Assembly (NCBI GenBank): GCA_964016885.1 | Contig: OZ024745.1 | Coordinates: forward strand, 65,162,001-65,226,000 | DNA from: Eledone cirrhosa | Lineage: Eukaryota | Reading direction: 5' to 3' | Length of the DNA stretch: 64,000 nucleotides | Shown: positions 1 through 11,749 of the stretch, in pieces | How the letters are laid out: each line of letters opens with the position of its first letter | Position numbering within the stretch: position 1 is the stretch's first letter | Notes under the pieces: model-generated | The model's input: only the letters and a program-made list of their open reading frames with translations | Told to the model about the DNA's origin: nothing | Databases searched by the model: none | Program-made: the position numbers and the translations under genes

Positions 1-3000
1 GATCCATTTTTTATTTAGGTGATCCATTTTATAATTGGGTGATCCATTTTTTATTTGGGGGATTCATTTTTTATTTGGAGGATCCATTATTTATTTGGGT
101 GATCCATTTTTTATTTGGGTGATCCATTTTTTATTTGGGTGATCCATTTTTTATTTGGGTTGATCCCTTTTTTATTTGGGGGATCCATTTTTTATTTGGG
201 TGATCCATTTTTTATTTTGGGGATTCATTTTTTATTTGGGTGATCCATTTTTTATTTGGGTGATCCATTTTTTATTTGGGTGATCCATTTTTTATTTGGG
301 TGATCCATTTTTTATTTGGGTGATCCATTTTTTATTTGAGGGACCCATTTTATATTTGGGTGATCCATTTTTTATTTGGGTGATCCATTTTTTATTTGGG
401 GGATCCCTTTTTTATTTGGGGGATCCATTTTTTATTTGGGGGATCCATTTTTTATTTGGGGGATCCATTTTTTATTTCGGGGATCCATTTTTTATTTGGG
501 TGATTCATTTTTTATTTGGGGGATCCATTTTTTATTTGGGTGATCCATTTTTTTTATTTGGGGGTCCATTTTTTATTTGGGTGATCCATTTTTTATTTGG
601 GTGATCCATTTTTTAATTGGGTGATCCATTTTTATTTGGGTGATCCATTTTTTACTTGGGGGATCCATTTTTTATTTGGGTGATCCATTTTTTATTTTGC
701 TGATTCATTTTTTATTTGGGTGATTCATTTTTTATTTGGGGGATCCATTTTTTATTTGGGTGAACCATTTTTTATTTGGGGGGATCCATTTTTTATTTGG
801 GTGATCCATTTTTTATTTGGGTGATCCATTTTTTATTTGGGGGATCCATTTTTTATTTGGGTGATCCATTTTTTATTTGGGGGATCCATTTTTTATTTGG
901 GGGATTCATTTTTTATTTGGGTGATCCATTTTTTATTAGGGGGATCCATTTTTTATTTGGGTGATCCATTTTTATTTGGAGATCCATTTTTTATTTAGGT
1001 GATCCATTTTATAATTGGGTGATCCATTTTTTATTTGGGGGATCCATTTTTTATTTGGAGGATCCATTATTTATTTGGGTGATCCATTTTTTATTTGGGT
1101 GATCCATTTTTTATTTGGGTGATTCATTTTTTATTTGGGGGATCCATTTTTTATTTGGGGGGTCCATTTTTTATTTGGGGGATCCATTTTTATTTGGGTG
1201 ATCCATTTTATATTTGGGGGATCCATTTTTTATTTGGGTGATCCATTTTTTATTTGGGTTGATCCCTTTTTTATTTGGGGGATCCATTTTTTATTTGGGT
1301 GATCCATTTTTTATTTGGAGGATCCACTTTTTATTTGGGTGATCCATTTTTTATTTGAGGGATCCATTTTATATTTGGGTGATCCATTTTTTATTTGGGG
1401 GATCCATTATTTATTTGGGTGATCCATTTTTTATTTGGGTGATCCATTTTTTATTTGGGTGATCCATTTTTTATTTGGGTGATCCATTTTTTATTTGGGT
1501 GATCCATTTTTTATTTGGGGGATCCATTTTTTATTTGGGTGATCCATTTTTTATTTGGGGATCCATTTTTTATTTGGGTGATCCATTTTTTATTTGGGTG
1601 ATCCATTTTTTATTTGGGGGATACATTTTTTATTTGGGTGATCCATTTTTTATTTGGGGGGGTCCATTTTTTATTTGGGGGATCCATTTTTATTTGGGGG
1701 ATCCATTTTTTATTTGGGGGATCCATTTTTTATTTGGGTGATCCCTTTTTTATTTGGGGGATCCATTTTTTATTTGGGTGATCCATTTTTTATTTGGGGG
1801 ATCCATTTTTTATTTGGGTGATCCATTTTTTATTTGGGGGATCCATTTTTTATTTGGGTGATCCATTTTTTATTTGGGGGATCCATTTTTTATTTCGGGG
1901 ATCCATTTTATATTTGGGTGATTCATTTTTTATTTGGGGGATCCATTTTTTATTTTGGGTGATCCATTTTTTATTAGGGGGATCCATTTTTTATTTGGGT
2001 GATCCATTTTTATTTGTAGATCCATTTTTTATTTGGGTGATCCATTTTTTAATTGGATGATCCATTTTTTATTTGGGGGATCCATTTTTTATTTGGGGGA
2101 TCCATTATTTATTTGGGTGATCCATTTTTTATTTGGGTGATCCATTTTTTATTCGGGGGATCCATTTTTTATTTGGGTGATCCATTTTTTATTTGGGTGA
2201 TCCATTTTTTAATTGGGGATCCATTTTTTATTTAGTTGATCCATTTTTTAATTGGGTGATGCATTTTTTATTTGGGGGATCCATTTTTTATTTGGGGGAT
2301 CCATTTTTTATTTGGGGGATCCATTGTTTATTTGGGTGATCCATTTTTTATTTGGGTGATCCATTTTTTATTTGGGGGATCCATTTTGTATTTGGGTGAT
2401 CCATTTTTTATTTGGGTGATCCATTTTTTATTTGGGTGATCCATTTTTTATTTGTGGGATCCATTTTTTATTTGGGTGATCCATTTTTTATTTGGGGGAT
2501 CCTTTTTTTATTTGGGTGATCCATTTTTTATTTGGGTGATCCATTTTTTATTTGGGGGATCCATTTTTTATTTGGGTGATCCATTTTTTATTTGGGTGAT
2601 CCATTTTTTATTTGGGGGATCCATTTTTTATTTGGGTGATCCATTTTTTATTTGGGGGATCCATTTTTTATTTGGGGGATCCATTTTTTATTTGGGTGAT
2701 CCATTTTTTATATGGGTGATCCATTTTTTATTTGGGGGGATCCATTTTTAATTTGGGTGATCCATTTTTTATTTGGTGGGATCCATTTTTTATTTGGGTG
2801 ATCCATTTTTTATTTGGGGGATCCATTTTTTATTTGGGTGATCCATTTTTTATTTGGGTGATCCATTTTTTAATTGGGTGATCCATTTTTTATTTGGGGG
2901 ATCCATTTTTTATTTGGGTGATCCATTTTTTAGTTGGGTGGTCCATTTTTTATTTGGGTGATCCATTTTTTATTTGGGGGATCCATTTTTTATTTGGGTG

Positions 3001-6000
3001 ATCCATTTTTTATTTGGGGATCCATTTTTTATTTGGGTGATCCATTTTTTATTTGGGTGATCCATTTTTTATTTGGGGGATCCATTTTTTATTTGGGTGA
3101 TTCATTTTTTAATTGGGGGGTCCATTTTTTATTTGGGGGATCCATTTTTATTTGGGTGATCCATTTTTTATTTGGGGGATCCATTTTTTATTTGGGTGAT
3201 CCATTTTTTATTTGGGTTGATCCCTTTTTTATTTGGGGGATCCATTTTTTATTTGGGTGATCCATTTTTTATTTGGGGGATCCATTTTTTATTTGGGTGA
3301 TCCATTTTTTATTTGAGGGATCCATTTTATATTTGGGTGATCCATTTTTTATTTGGGGGATCCATTATTTATTTGGGTGATCCATTTTTTATTTGGGTGA
3401 TCCATTTTTTATTTGGGTGATCCATTTTTTATTTGGGTGATCCATTTTTTATTTGGGGATCCATTTTTTATTTGGGTGATCCATTTTTTTATTTGGGTGA
3501 TCCATTTTTTATTTGGGGGATCCATTTTTTATTTGGGTGATCCATTTTTTATTTGGGGATCCATTTTTTATTTGGGTGATCCATTTTTTATTTGGGTGAT
3601 CCATTTTTTATTTGGGGGATCCATTTTTTATTTGGGTGATCCATTTTTTATTTGGGGGTCCATTTTTTATTTGGGGGATCCATTTTTATTTGGGTGATCC
3701 ATTTTTTATTTGGGGGATCCATTTTTTATTTGAGTGATCCATTTTTTATTTGGGTTGATCCCTTTTTTATTTGGGGGATCCATTTTTTATTTGGGTGATC
3801 CATTTTTTATTTGGGGGATCCATTTTTTATTTGGGGGATCCATTTTTTATTTGGTTGATCCATTTTTTATTAGGGGGATCCATATTTTATTTGGGTGATC
3901 CATTTTAATTTGGAGATCCATTTTTTGTTTAGGTGATCCATTTTATAATTGGGTGATCCATTTTTTATTTGGGGGATCCATTTTTTATTTGGGGGATCCA
4001 TTATTTATTTGGGTGATCCATTTTTTATTTGGGTGATCCATTTTTTATTTGGGTGATCCATTTTTTATTTGGGTGATCCATTTTTTATTTGGGTGATCCA
4101 TTTTTTATTTGGGGGATCCATTTTTTATTTGGGTGATCCATATTTTATTTGGGTGATCCATTTTTTATTTGAGGGATCCATTTTATATTTGGGTGATCCA
4201 TTTTTTATATGGGTGATCCATTTTTTATTTGGGGGATCCATTTTTTATTTGGGGGATCCATTTTTTATTTGGGGGATCCATTTTTTATTTGGGGGATCCA
4301 TTTTTTATTTCGGGGATCCATTTTTTATTTGGGTGATTCATTTTTTATTTGGGGGATCCATTTTTTATTTGGGTAATCCATTTTTTTTATTTGGGGGTCC
4401 ATTTTTTATTTGGGTGATCCATTTTTTATTTGGATGATCCATTTTTTAATTGGGTGATCCATTTTTATTTGGGTGATCCATTTTTTACTTGGGGGATCCA
4501 TTTTTTATTTGGGTGATCCATTTTTTATTTTGCTGATTCATTTTTTATTTGGGTGATCCATTTTTTATTTGGGGGATCCATTTTTTATTTGGGTGAACCA
4601 TTTTTTATTTGGGAGATCCATTTTTTATTTGGGTGATCCATTTTTTATTTGGGTGATCCATTTTTTATTTGGGGGATCCATTTTTTATTTGGGTGATCCA
4701 TTTTTTATTTGGGTGATCCATTTTTTATTTGGGGGATCCATTTTTTATTTGGGGGATCCATTTTTTATTTGGGTGATCCATTTTTATTTGGAGATCCATT
4801 TTGTATTTGGGTGATCCATTTTTTAATTGGGTGATCCATTTTTTATTTGGGTGATCCATTTTTTATTTGGGTGGTCCATTTTTTATTTGGGTGATCCATT
4901 TTTTATTTGGGGGATCGATTTTTTATTTGGGTGATCCATTTATTATTTGGGGATCCATTTTTTATTTGGGTGATCCATTTTTTATTTGGGTGATCCATTT
5001 TTTATTTGGGGGATCCATTATTTATTTGGGTGATCCATTTTTTATTTGGGTGATCCATTTTTTATTTGGGGGATCCATTTTTTATTTGGGTGATCCATTT
5101 TTTATTTGGGTGATCCATTTTTTATTTGGGGGATCCATTTTTTATTTGGGGGATCCATTTTTTATTTGGGTGATCCATTTTTATTTGGAGATCCATTTTG
5201 TATTTGGGTGATCCATTTTTAATTTGGGTGATCCATTTTTTATTTGGGGGATCCATTTTTTATTTGGGTGATCCATTTTTTATTTGGGTGATCCATTTTT
5301 TATTTGGGGATCCATTTTTTATTTGGGTGATCCATTTTTTATTTGGGTGATCCATTTTTTATTTGGGGGATACATTTTTTATTTGGGTGCTCCATTTTTT
5401 ATTTGGGGGGTCCATTTTTTATTTGGGGGATCCATTTTTATTTGGGTGATCCATTTTTTATTTGGGGGATCCATTTTTTATTTGGGTGATCCCTTTTTTA
5501 TTTGGGGGATCCATTTTTTATTTGGGTGATCCTTTTTTTATTTGGGGGATCCATTTTTTATTTGGGGGATTCATTTTTTATTTGGGTGATCCATTTTTTA
5601 TTAGGGGGATCCATTTTTTATTTGGGTGATCCATTTTTATTTGGAGATCCATTTTTTATTTAGGTGATCCATTTTATAATTGGGTGATCCATTTTTTATT
5701 TGGGGGATCCATTTTTTATTTGGAGGATCCATTATTTATTTGGGTGATCCATTTTTTATTTGGGTGATCCATTTTTTATTTGGGTGATCCATTTTTTATT
5801 TGGGGGATCCCTTTTTTATTTGGGGGATCCATTTTTTATTTGGGGGATCCATTTTTTATTTGGGGGATCCATTTTTTATTTCGGGGATCCATTTTTTATT
5901 TGGGTGATTCATTTTTTATTTGGGGGATCCATTTTTTATTTGGGTGATCCATTTTTTTTATTTGGGGGTCCATTTTTTATTTGGGTGATCCATTTTTTAT

Positions 6001-8220
6001 TTGGGTGATCCATTTTTTAATTGGGTGATCCATTTTTATTTGGGTGATCCATTTTTTACTTGGGGGATCCATTTTTTATTTGGGTGATCCATTTTTTATT
6101 TTGCTGATTCATTTTTTATTTGGGTGATTCATTTTTTATTTGGGGGATCCATTTTTTATTTGGGTGAACCATTTTTTATTTGGGGGGATCCATTTTTTAT
6201 TTGGGTGATCCATTTTTTATTTGGGTGATCCATTTTTTATTTGGGGGATCCATTTTTTATTTGGGTGATCCATTTTTTATTTGGGGGATCCATTTTTTAT
6301 TTGGGGGATTCATTTTTTATTTGGGTGATCCATTTTTTATTAGGGGGATCCATTTTTTATTTGGGTGATCCATTTTTATTTGGAGATCCATTTTTTATTT
6401 AGGTGATCCATTTTATAATTGGGTGATCCATTTTTTATTTGGGGGATCCATTTTTTATTTGGAGGATCCATTATTTATTTGGGTGATCCATTTTTTATTT
6501 GGGTGATCCATTTTTTATTTGGGTGATTCATTTTTTATTTGGGGGATCCATTTTTTATTTGGGTGATCCATTTTTTTTATTTGGGGGTCCATTTTTTATT
6601 TGGGTGATCCATTTTTTATTTGGGTGATCCATTTTTTAATTGGGTGATCCATTTTTATTTGGGTGATCCATTTTTTACTTGGGGGATCCATTTTTTATTT
6701 GGGTGATCCATTTTTTATTTTGCTGATTCATTTTTTATTTGGGTGATCCATTTTTTATTTGGGGGATCCATTTTTTATTTGGGTGAACCATTTTTATTTG
6801 GGGGATCCATTTTTTATTTGGGTGATCCATTTTTTATTTGGGTGATCCATTTTTTATTTGGGGGATCCATTTTTTATTTGGGTGATCCATTTTTTATTTG
6901 GGTGATCCATTTTTTATTTGGGGGATCCATTTTTTATTTGGGGGATCCATTTTTTATTTGGGTGATCCATTTTTATTTGGAGATCCATTTTGTATTTGGG
7001 TGATCCATTTTGTATTTGGGGGATCCATTTTTTAATTGGGTGATCCATTTTTTATTTGGGGGATCCATTTTTTATTTGGGAGATCCATTTTTTATTTGGG
7101 GGATCCATTGTTTATTTGGGTGATCCATTTTTTATTTGGGTGATCCATTTTTTATTTGGGGGATCCATTTTTTATTTGGGTGATCCATTTTTTATTTGGG
7201 TGATCCATTTTTTATTTGGGTGATCCATTTTTTATTTGTGGGATCCATTTTTTATTTGGGTGATCCATTTTTTATTTGGGGGATCCTTTTTTTATTTGGG
7301 TGATCCATTTTTTATTTGGGTGATCCATTTTTTATTTGGGGGATCCATTTTTTATTTGGGTGATCCATTTTTTATTTGCGTGATACATTTTTTATTTGGG
7401 GGATCCATTTTTTATTTGGGTGATCCATTTTTTATTTGGGGGATCCATTTTTTATTTGGGGGATCCATTTTTTATTTGGGTGATCCATTTTTTATTTGGG
7501 TGATCCATTTTTTATTTGGGGGGATCCATTTTTTATTTGGGTGATCCATTTTTTATTTGGGGGATCCATTTTTTATTTGGGTGATCCATTTTTTATTTGG
7601 GGGATCCATTTTTTATTTGGGTGATCCATTTTTTATTTGGGTGATCCATTTTTTAATTGGGTGATCCATTTTTTATTTGGGGGATGCATTTTTTATTTGG
7701 GTGATCCATTTTTTAGTTGGGTGGTCCATTTTTTATTTGGGTGATCCATTCTTTATTTGGGGGATCCATTTTTTATTTGGGTGATCCATTTTTTATTTGG
7801 GGATCCATTTTTTATTTGGGTGATCCATTTTTTATTTGGGTGATCCATTTTTTATTTGGGGGATCCATTTTTTATTTGGGTGATTCATTTTTTATTTGGG
7901 GGGTCCATTTTTTATTTGGGGGATCCATTTTTATTTGGGTGATCCATTTTTTATTTGGGGGATCCATTTTTTATTTGGGTGATCCATTTTTTATTTGGGT
8001 TGATCCCTTTTTTATTTGGGGGATCCATTTTTTATTTGGGTGATCCATTTTTTATTTGGAGGATCCACTTTTTATTTGGGTGATCCATTTTTTATTTGAG
8101 GGATCCATTTTATATTTGGGTGATCCATTTTTTATTTGGGGGATCCATTATTTATTTGGGTGATCCATTTTTTATTTGGGTGATCCATTTTTTATTTGGG
8201 TGATCCATTTTTTATTTGGG
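1..8220 (+). repeat. Higher-order block collinear with ~41.63-50.25 kb and in part with 22.15-26.1 kb and 29.2-37.8 kb
   Basis: ORF offsets to the 41.6-50.2-kb copy are 41632, 41831-41833 and 42032. Offsets to the 22-26-kb copy are 20358-20360. The marker GCGTGATAC occurs only at ~7378, ~36945 and ~49410. Confidence 0.85.
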
Positions 8221-11200
8221 TGATCCATTATTTATTTGGGGGATCCATTTTTTATTTGGGTGATCCATTTTTTATTTGGGTGATCCATTTTTTATTTGGG
8301 GGATCCATTTTTTATTTGGGTGATCCATTTTTTATTTGGGGGATCCATTTTTTATTTGGGGGATCCATTTTTTATTTGGGTGATCCATTTTTTATTTGGG
8401 GGATCCATTTTTTATTTGGGGGATCCATTTTTTATTTGGGTGATCCATTTTTTATATGGGTGATCCATTTTTTATTTGGGGGGATCCATTTTTGATTTGG
8501 GTGATCCATTTTTTATTTGGGGGATCCATTTTTTATTTGGGTGATCCATTTTTTATTTGGGGGATCCATTTTTTATTTGGGTGATCCATTTTTTATTTGG
8601 GTGATCCATTTTTTATTTGGGGGATCCATTTTTTATTTGGGGGATCCATTTTTTATTTGGTTGATCCATTTTTTATTAGGGGGATCCATTTTTTATTTGG
8701 GTGATCCATTTTAATTTGGAGATCCATTTTTTGTTTAGGTGATCCATTTTATAATTGGGTGATCCATTTTTTATTTGGGGGATCCATTTTTTATTTGGGG
8801 GATCCATTTTTTATTTGGGTGATCCATTTTTTATTTTGCTGATTCATTATTTATTTGGGTCTTCCATTTTTTATTTGGGGGATCCATTTTTTATTTGGGT
8901 GAACCATTTTTTATTTGGGAGATCCATTTTTTATTTGGGTGATCCATTTTTTATTTGGGTGATCCATTTTTTATTTGGGGGATCCATTTTTTATTTGGGT
9001 GATCCATTTTTTATTTGGGTGATCCATTTTTTATTTGGGGGATCCATTTTTTATTTGGGGGATCCATTTTTTATTTGGGTGATCCATTTTTATTTGGAGA
9101 TCCATTTTGTATTTGGGTGATCCATTTTTTAATTGGGTGATCCATTATTTATTTGGGTGATCCATTTTTTATTTGGGGGATCCATTTTTTATTTGGGTGA
9201 TCCATTTTTTATTTGGGTAGTCCATTTTTTATTTGGGTGATTCATTTTTTATTTGGGGGATCCATTTTTTATTTGGGTGATCCATTTTTTATTTGGGGAT
9301 CCATTTTTTATTTGGGTGATCCATTTTTTATTTGGGTGATCCATTTTTTATTTTGCTGATTCATTTTTTATTTGGGTGATCCATTTTTTATTTGGGGGAT
9401 CCATTTTTTATTTGGGTGAACCATTTTTTATTTGGGGGATCCATTTTTTATTTGGGTGATCCATTTTTTATTTGGGTGATCCATTTTTTATTTGGGGGAT
9501 CCATTTTTTATTTGGGTGATCCATTTTTTATTTGGGTGATCCATTTTTTATTTGGGGGATCCATTTTTTATTTGGGGGATCCATTTTTTATTTGGGTGAT
9601 CCATTTTTATTTGGAGATCCATTTTGTATTTGGGTGATCCATTTTGTATTTGGGGGATCCATTTTTTAATTGGGTGATCCATTTTTTATTTGGGGGATCC
9701 ATTTTTTATTTGGGAGATCCATTTTTTATCTGGGGATCCATTGTTTATTTGGGTGATCCATTTTTTATTTGGGTGATCCATTTTTTATTTGGGGGATCCA
9801 TTTTTTATTTGGGTGATCCATTTTTTATTTGGGTGATCCATTTTTTATATGGGTGATCCATTATTTATTTGGGGGATCCATTTTTTATTTGGGTGATCCA
9901 TTTTTTATTTGGGTGATCCATTTTTTATTTGGGGGATCCATTTTTTATTTGGGTGATCCATTTTTTATTTGGGGGATCCATTTTTTATTTGGGGGATCCA
10001 TTTTTTATTTGGGTGATCCATTTTTTATTTGGGGGATCCATTTTTTATTTGGGGGATCCATTTTTTATTTGGGTGATCCATTTTTTATATGGGTGATCCA
10101 TTTTTTATTTGGGGGGATCCATTTTTGATTTGGGTGATCCATTTTTTATTTGGGGGATCCATTTTTTATTTGGGTGATCCATTTTTTATTTGGGGGATCC
10201 ATTTTTTATTTGGGTGATCCATTTTTTATTTGGGTGATCCATTTTTTATTTGGGGGATCCATTTTTTATTTGGGGGATCCATTTTTTATTTGGTTGATCC
10301 ATTTTTTATTAGGGGGAACCATTTTTTATTTGGGTGATCCATTTTAATTTGGAGATCCATTTTTTGTTTAGGTGATCCATTTTATAATTGGGTGATCCAT
10401 TTTTTATTTGGGGGATCCATTTTTTATTTGGGGGATCCATTTTTTATTTGGGTGATCCATTTTTTATTTTGCTGATTCATTATTTATTTGGGTCTTCCAT
10501 TTTTTATTTGGGGGATCCATTTTTTATTTGGGTGAACCATTTTTTATTTGGGAGATCCATTTTTTATTTGGGTGATCCATTTTTTATTTGGGTGATCCAT
10601 TTTTTATTTGGGGGATCCATTTTTTATTTGGGTGATCCATTTTTTATTTGGGTGATCCATTTTTTATTTGGGGGATCCATTTTTTATTTGGGGGATCCAT
10701 TTTTTATTTGGGTGATCCATTTTTATTTGGAGATCCATTTTGTATTTGGGTGATCCATTTTTTAATTGGGTGATCCATTATTTATTTGGGTGATCCATTT
10801 TTTATTTGGGGGATCCATTTTTTATTTGGGTGATCCATTTTTTTATTTGGGTAGTCCATTTTTTATTTGGGTGATTCATTTTTTATTTGGGGGATCCATT
10901 TTTTATTTGGGTGATCCATTTTTTATTTGGGGATCCATTTTTTATTTGGGTGATCCATTTTTTATTTGGGTGATCCATTTTTTATTTTGCTGATTCATTT
11001 TTTATTTGGGTGATCCATTTTTTATTTGGGGGATCCATTTTTTATTTGGGTGAACCATTTTTTATTTGGGGGATCCATTTTTTATTTGGGTGATCCATTT
11101 TTTATTTGGGTGATCCATTTTTTATTTGGGGGATCCATTTTTTATTTGGGTGATCCATTTTTTATTTGGGTGATCCATTTTTTATTTGGGGGATCCATTT

Positions 11201-11490
11201 TTTATTTGGGGGATCCATTTTTTATTTGGGTGATCCATTTTTATTTGGAGATCCATTTTGTATTTGGGTGATCCATTTTGTATTTGGGGGATCCATTTTT
11301 TAATTGGGTGATCCATTTTTTATTTGGGGGATCCATTTTTTATTTGGGAGATCCATTTTTTATCTGGGGATCCATTGTTTATTTGGGTGATCCATTTTTT
11401 ATTTGGGTGATCCATTTTTTATTTGGGGGATCCATTTTTTATTTGGGTGATCCATTTTTTATTTGGGTGATCCATTTTTTATTTGGGTGA
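8205..11490 (+). repeat. Recent tandem duplication within the array, unit ~1,633 bp, 2 copies
   Basis: Private variants recur at offset 1633-1634: GGGT-CTTCC at 8861/10494, GGGT-AGTCC at 9219/10853, TTATCTGGGG at ~9726/11360. ORF pairs 8196/9829, 8517/10150, 8755/10388 and 9392/11026 agree. Confidence 0.92.
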
Positions 11491-11749
11491 TCCATTTTTT
11501 ATTTGTGGGATCCATTTTTTATTTGGGTGATCCATTTTTTATTTGGGGGATCCTTTTTTTATTTGGGTGATCCATTTTTTATTTGGGTGATCCATTTTTT
11601 ATTTGGGGGATCCATTTTTTATTTGGGTGATCCATTTTTTATTTGGGTGATACATTTTTTATTTGGGGGATCCATTTTTTATTTGGGTGATCCATTTTTT
11701 ATTTGGGGGATCCATTTTTTATTTGGGTGATCCATTTTTTATTTGGGTG

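Noticed and set aside
4-40. CArG box (SRF/MADS site) in CC-A/T-run-GG
   Set aside because: The A/T core is 11 bp, whereas the canonical motif is CC(A/T)6GG.
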